Shown here: piece by piece, positions 39,898 to 49,946 of the stretch
How the letters are laid out: each line of letters opens with the position of its first letter
Position numbering within the stretch: the stretch's first letter is position 1
NCBI GenBank assembly: GCA_965217865.1
Contig: CBDCJO010000001.1
Span: 64,001 to 128,000 of the forward strand
Direction: 5' to 3'
DNA from: Candidatus Latescibacterota bacterium
GTDB taxonomy: Bacteria > Latescibacterota > UBA2968 > SICM01
Length of the DNA stretch: 64,000 nucleotides
Notes under the pieces: generated by a model
Database searches by the model: none
What the model was told of the DNA's origin: nothing
What the model saw: the letters and a program-made list of their open reading frames with translations, nothing else
Position numbers and translations under genes: made by a program

Positions 39898-40074
39898 AGG
39901 CCTCTTGTTTTTGATCTTATTCTGTATTCTGACTCCTATATTCTGTATTCCGGGGGGTGGAAGGTGGCGCCGGGCTTTCTTTCTTGAATTTTCCCGGGAC
40001 ATGTCTTATACTAAACCGGCGGGCGGACCCCGACCTATCCCGTCTCTCCTCTGTTTCTCCGGGCGGAAGGCACC

Positions 40075-41367
40075 ATGGAGCAGTTTGTTATCCAGGGGGG
40101 CCGAAACCTCAGTGGCACGATAACCCCATCGGGCAACAAGAATGCCGCAATGCCGCTCCTGGCGGCTGCCCTGCTTACAGATCAGGAGATCGTCCTTCAG
40201 AATGTTCCCAATATCGGCGATGTTCGAACCGTCGTCGAGCTCCTGATCGGTCTTGGGGTCGAAATCCACTCCAGCGGCGACCACGAACTCACCGTATGTG
40301 CACGTGACATCCACAGCACGAACCTCAGACGCGATTTGGCGGAGCGTGCCCGTGGCAGCGTCACCATCGCAGGTCCCCTCCTCGCAAGGTGCGGTCGTGC
40401 AGTCTTCCCCCGCCCGGGTGGTGACAAAATCGGACGAAGGAGGATCGATACCCACCTTCAGGCCTTCCAGTCCCTAGGCGCGGAAGTCCACGTCAACGAT
40501 ATCTACGAGGTAAAAGCTCCAAAGGGCCTTCGAGGGGCGGATCTCTTTCTCGATGAGCGAAGCGTCACCGCGACCGAAAACGCGGTGATGGCGGCGGTCA
40601 CTGCCCGGGGTGAAAGCGTTATACGGAACGCGGCTTCCGAACCCCACGTCCAGGAGCTATGCCGATTCTTGAATGCTATGGGGGCGGACATCAACGGAGT
40701 CGGCTCCGACCTGTTGACCATCCGGGGCGTGGACCGCATCGGAGGGGGAACGCATCGGATCGGACCGGATTACATCGAGGTCGGAAGTTTCATCAGCCTC
40801 GCTGCCCTGACCAACAGCCGGATTCGTATCGAACACGCACGTCCGCAGGATATGCGATTCTCCCTGATGGTCTTCCGGCGCCTGGGGGTCGAGGTTGAAA
40901 TCCACGGCGAGGATATTGTCGTCCCGGAGTTCCAAAAACTCGAAATTATCCCGGACGTTGGCGAAGCGATCCCCTCCATCTATGATACCCCTTGGCCTGG
41001 TTTTCCCTCCGACCTGATGAGCCTTGGCCTGGTCATTGCAACGCAGTCCCGGGGCACAGTTTTGTTTTTCGAGAAAATGTACGAAAACCGGATGTACTGG
41101 CTTGATCGTCTGATCGCCATGGGCGCCCGAATCATCGTTTGTGACCCCCACAGAGCCGTCGTCGTTGGGCCATCCCGGTTACACGGAGAGGGCCATTCCA
41201 GCCCCGATATTCGGGCTGGAATGGCCCTGATCCTGGCAAGCCTTTGCGCCTCAGGAGAGAGCATCGTCAGGAATATCGGGCAGATCGACCGCGGCTACGA
41301 ATGCATCGACGAGCGCCTCCGAAACCTCGGCGCATCGATTGAACGCAGGGCCGTTTCCGCCGATTAG
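40075..41367 (+). CDS. murA: UDP-N-acetylglucosamine 1-carboxyvinyltransferase
   Basis: [36 protein letters not shown]. Confidence 0.95.
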   Translation: MEQFVIQGGRNLSGTITPSGNKNAAMPLLAAALLTDQEIVLQNVPNIGDVRTVVELLIGLGVEIHSSGDHELTVCARDIHSTNLRRDLAERARGSVTIAGPLLARCGRAVFPRPGGDKIGRRRIDTHLQAFQSLGAEVHVNDIYEVKAPKGLRGADLFLDERSVTATENAVMAAVTARGESVIRNAASEPHVQELCRFLNAMGADINGVGSDLLTIRGVDRIGGGTHRIGPDYIEVGSFISLAALTNSRIRIEHARPQDMRFSLMVFRRLGVEVEIHGEDIVVPEFQKLEIIPDVGEAIPSIYDTPWPGFPSDLMSLGLVIATQSRGTVLFFEKMYENRMYWLDRLIAMGARIIVCDPHRAVVVGPSRLHGEGHSSPDIRAGMALILASLCASGESIVRNIGQIDRGYECIDERLRNLGASIERRAVSAD

Positions 41368-41368
41368 T

Positions 41369-42709
41369 ATGATGCTGCAAGAAACCCCGGCCCTGCGAGG
41401 TGCCCTCGAAGTCATCCGAATCCTCCGGGACAACGGATTTCGGGCTCTGTTTGCGGGGGGATGCGTTCGCGACATGGTGATGGGCATCCAGCCGCGCGAT
41501 TATGACGTGGCCACCGATGCCGGTCAGGACCAGGTTGTCCGCCTTTTTCCCAGGACTTGCGAGGTAGGCGCACAGTTCGGAGTCGTCCAGGTTCGGATTG
41601 GAGATTATCGATATGAAGTTGCTCGGTTCAGAAAAGACGTTTCTTATACCGACGGAAGACATCCCGACCGGGTTGTTTTCTCCGACGAACGGGAAGACGC
41701 ACTCCGACGTGACTTCACGCTCAACGGTATGTTCTTCGATCCGGTTGAAGATAGGATCATCGACTATGTCGGGGGGCAGGCCGATATCCGGGCAAGGGTC
41801 ATCCGATCCATCGATGATCCCAACCGTCGCTTCGCCGAGGACCACCTTCGCCTGTTGCGCGCCGTCCGATTCTCCGCCAGGTATCAGTATGCCATAGAAA
41901 ATGAAACCCTCGAAGCGATCCGGCGTCTGAGTCATAAGATCTTGACCGTCAGTGCGGAGCGCATCCGTGAAGAGCTCGTAAAAATCCTGAGGGAAGGCGG
42001 CGCACCCCTTGGGGTGCGGTTGATGATCGATCTTGGCCTGATGCAACATATCGCACTCGAGATTTGCGCAATGGCCGGGGTCCCACAGCCGAGGCAATAT
42101 CATCCTGAGGGGGATGTCCTCACCCATACCTTGATCCTGCTCGGTCTTATGCGCGAACCGTCTACGACTCTGGCGATGGGATCCCTGTTCCACGATGTCG
42201 GGAAACCCTCAACGTTCGAGGAGGTTGACCGAATCAGATTCAACAACCACCCGAAGGTTGGAGAAAAAATTACCAGAGACACTTGTGAGCGACTCCGGTT
42301 TTCATCAGAAGACACCGACAGAATCGCGGAACTGGTGAGAGACCATCTCAGGTTTATTCACGTCCGTGAAATGCGGAGCAGCACCTTAAAGCGATTCCTG
42401 CGGGGGGCGAACTTCGAAGAACACCTCGAATTGCATCGCCTGGATTGCCTCGCGAGCCACGGAGACCTTTCAAACTGGGCTTTCTGCAAGGAATCCCTCG
42501 AACGAATCGGTCCGGAGGAGATCCGTCCTCCTCCGCTGATCAACGGAGATGACCTGATTTCGCTCGGCTACAGCGCAGGGCCGTTTTTCAAGGTCGTCCT
42601 GAACGCCGTCGAAGATGCCCAGTTGGAGGGAAGCATCGTCTCCCGGGAGCAGGCCCTCGACCTTGTTCAAAAGGAATTCGAAAGGCTGGAAAAGGAATCG
42701 AAACCGTAA
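41369..42709 (+). CDS. cca: CCA-type tRNA nucleotidyltransferase with HD domain
   Basis: GGCVRD, DYDVAT, RRDFT.N, EDHLRLLRAVRF, SAERI, HPEGDV..HT, HDVGK. Confidence 0.9.
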   Translation: MMLQETPALRGALEVIRILRDNGFRALFAGGCVRDMVMGIQPRDYDVATDAGQDQVVRLFPRTCEVGAQFGVVQVRIGDYRYEVARFRKDVSYTDGRHPDRVVFSDEREDALRRDFTLNGMFFDPVEDRIIDYVGGQADIRARVIRSIDDPNRRFAEDHLRLLRAVRFSARYQYAIENETLEAIRRLSHKILTVSAERIREELVKILREGGAPLGVRLMIDLGLMQHIALEICAMAGVPQPRQYHPEGDVLTHTLILLGLMREPSTTLAMGSLFHDVGKPSTFEEVDRIRFNNHPKVGEKITRDTCERLRFSSEDTDRIAELVRDHLRFIHVREMRSSTLKRFLRGANFEEHLELHRLDCLASHGDLSNWAFCKESLERIGPEEIRPPPLINGDDLISLGYSAGPFFKVVLNAVEDAQLEGSIVSREQALDLVQKEFERLEKESKP

Positions 42710-42763
42710 GCCCCCTTCTGATCTGGGGGTCGAACCTGAATCTTGATACAAACCGAGGATCTC

Positions 42764-43405
42764 ATGGCTGATGAATTCGTGGAAGCCGGAGGTGAGGAAG
42801 AACTTATAGAAGAAGAAGAAGGGGGAGGCCTTTTTGATACGATAAAGAAATACCTCCCTCTTATAGGGGGGATCCTCCTCGTTCAGATCATCATTGGCTA
42901 TGCATTGTTGAAATGGGTTTTCAGCAGTCCTTCCACCCCACCGGCGACAGAGGAGATGGCGGCGGTGGGGGAACACGCGTCGGAAGATGGGGAGGAGCAG
43001 AAAAAGAAGGAGGAGAAGAAGAAAAAGAAGAAAAAGGAGGGGGAAGGGGGACTTGAACCGGTTGACGAAGTCGCGTTCATCTTCGACCGGCTTGAATCCG
43101 TGACCATCAATCCCGAAGGATCAAAGGGCAGGCATTACGCCCAAATACACGTCCACCTTGGCGTGGGTCACGTCGAAATAGAAGAAATAGCCCCCGAAGA
43201 TGTGATGAGGCTCCTGGAGTCCCGAAGGGCAAAAATCCTGGACACGATCATACGGGTTGCAACCACCAAATCCCTGGATGAACTCAATTCCCACAAAGGA
43301 AGGGACAGTCTCAAGGAGGAGATCCGAACCCGGGTCAATGAATTCTTAAGCGACGAACACGAAATCATCAAAGAGGTTTATTTTGCGTCGTTTACGACAC
43401 AATAA
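42764..43405 (+). CDS. FliL-like membrane protein
   Basis: Acidic N-terminus, one TM helix, charged linker, TINP...I.D.I...L....G...LKEEI...VN...VYF..F..Q pattern. Confidence 0.75.
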   Translation: MADEFVEAGGEEELIEEEEGGGLFDTIKKYLPLIGGILLVQIIIGYALLKWVFSSPSTPPATEEMAAVGEHASEDGEEQKKKEEKKKKKKKEGEGGLEPVDEVAFIFDRLESVTINPEGSKGRHYAQIHVHLGVGHVEIEEIAPEDVMRLLESRRAKILDTIIRVATTKSLDELNSHKGRDSLKEEIRTRVNEFLSDEHEIIKEVYFASFTTQ

Positions 43406-44000
43406 GCGAAAAAATTCAACGATCTCCTCATCCCTTCTGCTCATCCTGCTTCTGAGCAGTAGTGGGTGGGATGGCCACGCCACGACCATCGCCCCCTTTA
43501 CATTCGACCAGGTGGTTGAAAAAGCCCAGGCGATCTGCCGGGTCAAGTGCGTCGAATGCAAAAGTGCTTGGGACGATCAAAAAAACACGATTTATACCAC
43601 AACCACATTTTATATCCTCGACCATATTAAAGGTGCGGCGGGGACCGATCAGGTCACCCTTTCTCTTCCCGGCGGCACGGTCGATGATACGACACTCACA
43701 ATACCCGGATTCCCCCTGTTTAACCCCGAAGACGAGTTGGTCATTTTTCTGACCGGTTCGGACCCGCGAGGATTTCAGTGGCCGGTGGGTATGACGCAGG
43801 GCATTTACCCGGTCTTTCAAGAGGCCAACGGCGCCTTGTCAATCATCCCCAAGACGGGGACCATCCTTACCAAACCCGCAGCAGGAACCCCGTCCCCCCC
43901 TCAGCCGATCCCACTCGATGCCTTCATCCTTATGATCCGGGAACGACTGGGGATGGACGCGCCCCTGGGGGAAGATGGATCGGCCTCTTCTCCTAGGTGA
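43383..44000 (+). CDS. Hypothetical exported protein
   Basis: Signal-peptide-like N-terminus; IYT...KG...PGG.V...PGFP.F...E...FL pattern; start uncertain. Confidence 0.65.
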   Translation: MRRLRHNKRKNSTISSSLLLILLLSSSGWDGHATTIAPFTFDQVVEKAQAICRVKCVECKSAWDDQKNTIYTTTTFYILDHIKGAAGTDQVTLSLPGGTVDDTTLTIPGFPLFNPEDELVIFLTGSDPRGFQWPVGMTQGIYPVFQEANGALSIIPKTGTILTKPAAGTPSPPQPIPLDAFILMIRERLGMDAPLGEDGSASSPR

Positions 44001-44015
44001 ACCTTCCTGGGGGGC

Positions 44016-45200
44016 TTATTTTTTCCCAAGGGCTTGATCCAGATCCGCGATCAGGTCCTCCGCATCTTCGACACCCACGGAGTATCGTAGCAGCTCATCC
44101 GGGATGCCTACATCCAGACGCTCCTCTCGTGATAATTCATAGTACGAGATCGTCGCCGGATGCGACACGATGCTCTCTACCCCGCCCAAACTCGCCCCGA
44201 TATACGGCACCTTCAACCCATCCATGACCCGTAACGTCTCCTCCAGACCTCCGTCCACATCCCAACTGACCACGCCCCCGAATCCCGACATCTGTTCTTT
44301 CGCAATATCGTGGTGCGGGTGGCTTTTAAGGCCGGGATAATAGACACGACGGATCTTCGGATGCTCTTCGAGAAACTCGGCGATTTTTTGAGCTGTTTCG
44401 TTCTGGCGCGCCATCCGGAGAGGGAACGTCTTGAGCCCCCGGATCAGAAGATATGCGCAGTGAGGATCGATCGTTCCCCCCAAAATACCTCGGAAGTCTT
44501 TGATCGCAGAGACGAGCCCGGCGGGACCCAGAATAACGCCCGACATAATATCGTTGTGACCCGCCAGGTACTTGGTCGCGCTGTGGATGACCAGGTCGAC
44601 ACCGAACTCCAGGGGCCGCTGGTTGAACGGCGTTGCGAACGTGCTGTCGATGATCACCTTGACGCGGCGAGGTTTGGTGATCGCCACAAGCCGGTGAAGA
44701 TCCAGGACGTTCAGGTGAGGATTCGTCGGAGACTCCGTCACAAGCACACGGGTGTTTGGCCGGATCAGTTTCTCGATGGACTCATAGTCTCCGGGAAGTA
44801 CGAATGTCACGTCGATCCCGAATCGTTTGAGCACCTGCTCCCCGAACTGCCTCGTCTTCCGGTAGCAGTCATCCAGAATAATGGCATGCTGGCCTTTTGA
44901 AAGCATCGCTAGGAGGGTCGTTGTCACTGCATTCATGCCGGATGCGAAAAGCAACCCGTCCTCCGCTCCTTCCATCTCCGCCAGTTTCAGTTCGGCCGTC
45001 CGCTGTGTCGGGTTCCCATAGCGGCCGTAATCGATCCGCTCAATACGGCCGGATATAAAATCATCAACCTCTCCACTGTCGCGAAATGCGTATGTGGAGG
45101 TCTGGATGATCGGTGTCGTCAGCGAGTTTCCCGACTTGAACTTCTCCTCTCCCCCGTGAACGGCGAGGGTTGAGGGTCGTTTTTTGGGGTCGTTGGACAT
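44016..45200 (-). CDS. metB: PLP-dependent transsulfuration enzyme (cystathionine gamma-synthase-like)
   Basis: YGRYGNPT, FASGM.A, ESPTNP, DSTFATP, HSATKYLAGH.D, SLGGVES; upstream SAM riboswitch. Confidence 0.85.
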   Translation of the reverse strand: MSNDPKKRPSTLAVHGGEEKFKSGNSLTTPIIQTSTYAFRDSGEVDDFISGRIERIDYGRYGNPTQRTAELKLAEMEGAEDGLLFASGMNAVTTTLLAMLSKGQHAIILDDCYRKTRQFGEQVLKRFGIDVTFVLPGDYESIEKLIRPNTRVLVTESPTNPHLNVLDLHRLVAITKPRRVKVIIDSTFATPFNQRPLEFGVDLVIHSATKYLAGHNDIMSGVILGPAGLVSAIKDFRGILGGTIDPHCAYLLIRGLKTFPLRMARQNETAQKIAEFLEEHPKIRRVYYPGLKSHPHHDIAKEQMSGFGGVVSWDVDGGLEETLRVMDGLKVPYIGASLGGVESIVSHPATISYYELSREERLDVGIPDELLRYSVGVEDAEDLIADLDQALGKK

Positions 45201-45218
45201 AAATTTCCTCGATTCGAC

Positions 45219-45246
45219 AAAAAAAACCTCCGCTAAAAAGCAGAGG
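45219..45246 (-). terminator. Intrinsic terminator in the metB leader
   Basis: Minus strand CCUCUGC-UUUUUA-GCGGAGG followed by U8. Confidence 0.8.
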
Positions 45247-45293
45247 CTATATCTCGGCCATCCCGGAGGATGGAGTTTGAAAAACCAGCTCGA

Positions 45294-45343
45294 CTTTTTA
45301 GCGAGTTATTTAGAGTGGCTGCAATATGCCACAAATCACCACT
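45294..45343 (-). promoter_or_regulatory. SAM-II riboswitch aptamer
   Basis: Minus strand AGUGGUGAUUUGUGGCAUAUUGCAGCCACUCUAAAUAACUCGCUAAAAAG fits the SAM-II pattern GUGGUGAUUU..UUGCAGCCAC..UAAA..GCUAAA; upstream of a Met biosynthesis gene. Confidence 0.88.
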
Positions 45344-45363
45344 GCAACTAACTGCTCATCCAG

Positions 45364-45392
45364 AATTTAACAAAAAACAAGAATAATGTCAA
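45364..45392 (-). promoter_or_regulatory. Sigma70-type promoter of the riboswitch-metB transcript
   Basis: TTGACA, 17 nt ending TGT, TAAATT on the minus strand. Confidence 0.7.
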
Positions 45393-45574
45393 CCTCTTGG
45401 ACCTCCCAGGGGGTTGCTTCATGCAACAAATTCATCTTCAATTTGCATTTTGCACTTTCCTTCCCTGACCCTGCCCTTTCCCGCCACTACCGCCAGCTAC
45501 CCCCTTTTGCCGTCTCACTCTCACATCTCACGTTCACGGCTTTTCTTTTCTCCGACTTTTTCATTTTCTATTTT

Positions 45575-46918
45575 TCATTTTCCATTTCCCGTTATCGCCT
45601 GGAACACGCGATCCCGTACCTGATCGTATTTTGCAGGCATTTCAATCGGACGGTTGACGTACCTGGGTTCGACACCAAGGTCCCGCAGCCGATCTTCGTG
45701 ATAGGCGACCTTGAAATCTGTGAACTTCAGGCCGTGGGCCGTGGATATCACCACGACGCGCTCCCCGGGCCGCACGTCCCCACGTTCGACGAGTTTTAAT
45801 AACGCTGCGAACGCCACCCCGGTGTGAGGACAGCAGTACAGGCCCGTCTTATCCGCCATTGCGACCGCATTTGCCAGTTCATCCTCGCTGGCCTGCTCTA
45901 CGACCCCGTTGAAGATCCGGAGCACCCGGATGGCCTTTTCAGCGCTGACCGGGTCGCCGATCTGAATTGCAGAGGCCAGGGTTTGATTTGCGTGAATGGG
46001 CTCGAAACGATCGAAATTATTCAGGTAGCTCCGATAAAGTGGATTTGCATTCGCGCTCTGCGCAACCGCAATGCGGGGGAGTCGATCGATAATTCCCATA
46101 TCCCGCATCTCCAGAAATCCTTTTCCGAGGGCACTCACATTCCCAAGGTTCCCACCGGGAATAATGATCCACTCAGGGACTTCCCAGTCGAATTGCTGAA
46201 CGAGCTCCACGCTCACCGTCTTCTGTCCCTCCACCCGGAGGGAGTTCATCGAGTTTGCGAGGTAAATATTCTCACGATTGCATATCTCACGAACGATCCG
46301 CATGCAGCCGTCAAAATCGGTGTCCAGGCTGATGACGATGGCGCCGTTTGCCATCGGTTGGACAAGCTGGGCTGTGGAAACCTTGTGGCGGGGAAGGAAA
46401 ACGATCGTCCGGATCCCGGCGGCCGCCCCGTACGCCGCCAAGGCAGCGGAGGTATCGCCTGTGGAAGCGCAGGCCACCGCAGGGATCGATTTCCCCTCCG
46501 CGATCATCTGTTTGACCATAGAGACCAGGACTGTCATCCCGAGGTCCTTGAAAGATCCCGTATGACTGTTTCCACACTGTTTTACCCAGAGTTCTTTGAT
46601 CCCGATCTCATCACCAAGTCTTTCCGCCCAGAAGAGATTGCTTCCCCCCTCAAACAAAGAGACGACATTATCGTCCTCCACGGAGGGGCATACCATCTCT
46701 TTCTTACCCCAGATTGAACTCCCATAAGGCCAATCGGTCTTCATGAACCGCTGGTCAAACAACTTCTGCCAATTCTTCCCGGATTTCGTGCGGAGCGCAT
46801 CGATGTCGTGTTTGACCTCGAGAAGCCCCCCGCATTCAGAACATTCGTAGACGATCTCATTCAGACCGTATCGAACGTCGCACCCGGATGCACACTGGAA
46901 CCAGGCCTTGTAAGACAT
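45575..46918 (-). CDS. thrC: Threonine synthase
   Basis: [46 protein letters not shown]. Confidence 0.95.
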   Translation of the reverse strand: MSYKAWFQCASGCDVRYGLNEIVYECSECGGLLEVKHDIDALRTKSGKNWQKLFDQRFMKTDWPYGSSIWGKKEMVCPSVEDDNVVSLFEGGSNLFWAERLGDEIGIKELWVKQCGNSHTGSFKDLGMTVLVSMVKQMIAEGKSIPAVACASTGDTSAALAAYGAAAGIRTIVFLPRHKVSTAQLVQPMANGAIVISLDTDFDGCMRIVREICNRENIYLANSMNSLRVEGQKTVSVELVQQFDWEVPEWIIIPGGNLGNVSALGKGFLEMRDMGIIDRLPRIAVAQSANANPLYRSYLNNFDRFEPIHANQTLASAIQIGDPVSAEKAIRVLRIFNGVVEQASEDELANAVAMADKTGLYCCPHTGVAFAALLKLVERGDVRPGERVVVISTAHGLKFTDFKVAYHEDRLRDLGVEPRYVNRPIEMPAKYDQVRDRVFQAITGNGK

Positions 46919-47014
46919 ATAACCCCCAAATACAGAAGTCAGAATACAGAATACAGAATCCAGAAGTCAGGAGACAGAATTCAGAAGGAAAAGGCAAATA
47001 GTTGAATACAAAGG

Positions 47015-47872
47015 TTAGAATCCGGAAGAAAGGGGTTTTTCTTCTCCTGGACTCTGACTCCTGGATACGGTGTTCCGGCGAGGTGGCGTGGACGGACTTC
47101 CTTCATCCTTAATCCCTTCCACCCCCCCCGCTATTATCCATCCTCCAAGCCCGGATGGCAGACGGACAAGATGCCATACCCCCTCGGATCGTTCAATGAT
47201 AACCTTTGTCCCTTCGTGGAGCGTAAATACCTTCAGGTATTGATCTCCGGGGCCGCTGCGCCCATCGGCCTCGCTCACCATAACGATGGCCGCCTGCTCG
47301 AATTCCCTGGAATGAATCTTGAACGCCAGGGTCGTCCCGCACAGAAAAAACAGTCCGCCGAAGAATACCAGGAGCCCTATCCAGAACGCCCGGTTGCCCC
47401 GATCGGGCAGAAACATCCTCCCGATAAGGGCCGCGGCCAGGCCGAACAGACAGGCCCCGAACAATACCGAAATCCCATCCGGGCTGATTGAATTGAATAG
47501 CCGCTGTCCGAATCGGGTGATCGCGTTGACCTCCCCCTCGGACGGTTTGTCGACTTTTAGGAGATTTGCAAACTGAAGATTTGACGCAACATCCTCATCG
47601 TCGGTCATCATCCGCTGTGCTCGTTCGTAGGCCAGGATGGCCCTGCCGAGTTGGTTCAGTTTAAAATACGCGTTGCCGAGGTTGTAGTATATCTTCCCGT
47701 TCCGAACGCCTGATGCGAGGGCCCGCTCGTAAGCCTTGACCGCCCGGGCGTAATCCCCTTCCTTGTACCGAGCGTTTCCTTCGTTGTAGAGCCGGGCAAC
47801 AAGCGTGTCCGCGTCCGCCGACTTCACGATGGAAAGGCAGAGCGGCAGTATGACCAGAAACCGGGCAATCAT
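47015..47872 (-). CDS. batE: BatE-like TPR plus SH3b protein
   Basis: Signal peptide, TPR (YYNLGNAYFK...G.AIL.YERA), TM pair, FTLHEGTKV...GW. Confidence 0.8.
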   Translation of the reverse strand: MIARFLVILPLCLSIVKSADADTLVARLYNEGNARYKEGDYARAVKAYERALASGVRNGKIYYNLGNAYFKLNQLGRAILAYERAQRMMTDDEDVASNLQFANLLKVDKPSEGEVNAITRFGQRLFNSISPDGISVLFGACLFGLAAALIGRMFLPDRGNRAFWIGLLVFFGGLFFLCGTTLAFKIHSREFEQAAIVMVSEADGRSGPGDQYLKVFTLHEGTKVIIERSEGVWHLVRLPSGLGGWIIAGGVEGIKDEGSPSTPPRRNTVSRSQSPGEEKPLSSGF

Positions 47873-49723
47873 CTATATCTTCCGCTCAAGGGCTTCGATA
47901 ACCGCTTCCGTCTCCTGGTAAACGCGGTCCATCTCGCCGTCCTGGACCATCGTGGGTGAAAATCTGGCGAAGTCACACCGATCGAAAATATCGCGAACCA
48001 GAGCGACAAGTTCGGCGTCCACCCGTTTCTCCAACATATATTCGGATACGGTTTCCCCGGTCAACCCCGCGGCGGGTATGTTCAGCCGATCGGCCAGAAA
48101 CTGCGACAGCGCCCGGTAGACTTCGGCGTGGAATGCGGGACCCTCACCATCCTTCAGGTTTTTCCTGGCGGCCTTCAGGCGTCTTGCGGCCTCCCCCTTG
48201 GAGCGCCTTCGGCGCGCATAGGCCACGTCCCCGCGGATTCGCTCCTGGCGGCGACGATAGAACACAGCCGCGGCGACCGCAAGAAAAGGCAACGTCTGAA
48301 CCGAGAGATAAACCCAGCTCTGATACAGCGCCCGGCTCTGGTCCTCAAGATCCCCGGCGTCCGCTTTGATATGACGAATGTCCCGTCCCACCTGAGTCAC
48401 TTCCTCCCGTGCGAGCCGAAAGTTCCCATATTCTTCGGGGGACCGCTTCCTGGGGGAAACAGAGATCCGGATCGGCGCCGGAGAGGAGCTGATGTACTCC
48501 CCCTTCCGGGGGTCGAAGGAGACGAACTCAAATCTGGGCAACGCGATCGAACCCGCGCGTTTGGGAATAACCACATATTCGAAAATCTTGCTCCCGCCAA
48601 TTCGGTTCCCGGTCTTCTGGATCGACTTGCTCACTTTAGGGTCGTAGATCTTGAAATCCCGCGATTCAGGACGTGCGGTTTCCCGTACCGTTTCCAGGTT
48701 GCCGGTTCCCGACACGGTCAGCTTTAAGGAGATCGGGTCCCCCGCAACAACCGATTTCGGGGTCGCGGACAGCCGCATGCGATACTCTCCCACGGCCCCA
48801 CGGAACCCCGCAGGGGCCCCGGGCGGAAGAGGCTTCACCTGGATCGTCAGGGGTTCGCTTCGAACGGTCACGCGTTGGACCCGACCGAATATATCAAAAT
48901 CGTCAAAGTCGAAGTCGAACAGCAGACTCCGGCGCCTTGTTCGAACAGGGATGTCGCAACCGATCTCCATCTGATCAAGTGATTTCTTTCCAGAGCTTGT
49001 GGGAAAGAGGGCGATCCGCTTCAGAATAGCGGCGTTGAACGCAATCCCGTCGCGAACCTCTCGTCGTAAATCAAGCTTCTGTGCATCAAACATGGCCTCC
49101 GCCCAGAAACCGGTGTAGGTGAGGGCTTTACCGTACTGGACATTCCGAAGTTGATAACGAGAATATAACTTGTAGATAAGCGTGACCTGTTCTCCCACAT
49201 AGGCCTGTTTCCGATCAGCGCTTACCTCCAGGAACAGATTCGCCTCCAGTTCTGCGACGTCCGTTGATGCCGGGGCCTGTTGAGGTACCGCCCCGGCACG
49301 ACTCCCGGGTGTTGTCCCTTCCGAGATAACCTCAACCGGGATCGGATTCGTGGCGTAAGTCTCTCCTTCATACCGGATCGAGGCGGCCTCAATTATGAAT
49401 GAACCCACACGGTTCGGCTGCAGGATATATATAAAATTCAAAGTCTTGGTCGCCTTCACCTTCCCATTGACAAACGAAATCTGCGTCGACGAGGAGGAAT
49501 TCCTTACCACGACTGTAAAATCGCTAAGGGGAGGCAGCTCAGGCTCCGGAACGGTTCCCAAACCTTCTCCAGTGACCGACAGCGTGAGAGTGATCTGATC
49601 CGACACGAAGGCCCGGGTTCGATCCACGGTAGCGGAGAAGGAGAGCGCTTCGGGAGACTGGGAAGGCACCAACGTCACCAAGAAGATAAAAAGCGCCGAT
49701 AACAAAAACGATGGCCTACCCAT
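47873..49723 (-). CDS. batD: BatD family protein
   Basis: SSS.QIS.VNG, YVGEQ, F.GAVG.Y, G.GN, YVVIP motifs; C-terminal TM; operon context. Confidence 0.85.
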   Translation of the reverse strand: MGRPSFLLSALFIFLVTLVPSQSPEALSFSATVDRTRAFVSDQITLTLSVTGEGLGTVPEPELPPLSDFTVVVRNSSSSTQISFVNGKVKATKTLNFIYILQPNRVGSFIIEAASIRYEGETYATNPIPVEVISEGTTPGSRAGAVPQQAPASTDVAELEANLFLEVSADRKQAYVGEQVTLIYKLYSRYQLRNVQYGKALTYTGFWAEAMFDAQKLDLRREVRDGIAFNAAILKRIALFPTSSGKKSLDQMEIGCDIPVRTRRRSLLFDFDFDDFDIFGRVQRVTVRSEPLTIQVKPLPPGAPAGFRGAVGEYRMRLSATPKSVVAGDPISLKLTVSGTGNLETVRETARPESRDFKIYDPKVSKSIQKTGNRIGGSKIFEYVVIPKRAGSIALPRFEFVSFDPRKGEYISSSPAPIRISVSPRKRSPEEYGNFRLAREEVTQVGRDIRHIKADAGDLEDQSRALYQSWVYLSVQTLPFLAVAAAVFYRRRQERIRGDVAYARRRRSKGEAARRLKAARKNLKDGEGPAFHAEVYRALSQFLADRLNIPAAGLTGETVSEYMLEKRVDAELVALVRDIFDRCDFARFSPTMVQDGEMDRVYQETEAVIEALERKI

Positions 49724-49768
49724 TCTAAATCCTGACTCCTATATTCTGAATTCCAGTGGCGCAACTCA

Positions 49769-49875
49769 ATTGAATATTGAATATCGAAAAAATGAATATT
49801 TGAAACACCTCAGGACTTCTTGTGGCCATATGGATCTCTTCGTATTTCAATCTTCAATCGTCGATCTTCAATTTT
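49769..49875. repeat. Heptamer-armed inverted-repeat element, copy 1
   Basis: (TTGAATA)n - CTCAGGACTTCTTGTGGCCATATGGATCT - (TCTTCAA)n. Confidence 0.7.
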
Positions 49876-49946
49876 CTCTGGCCTCCGACCTCTGGCCCCG
49901 TCAAATTTGCATTTTCCATCTTGCATTTTTCACTTTGCATTTCCCT

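Noticed and set aside
45219-45360. T-box, SAM-I or leader-peptide attenuator for metB
   Set aside because: No T-box or SAM-I core motifs and no Met-rich leader ORF; the SAM-II pattern explains the sequence
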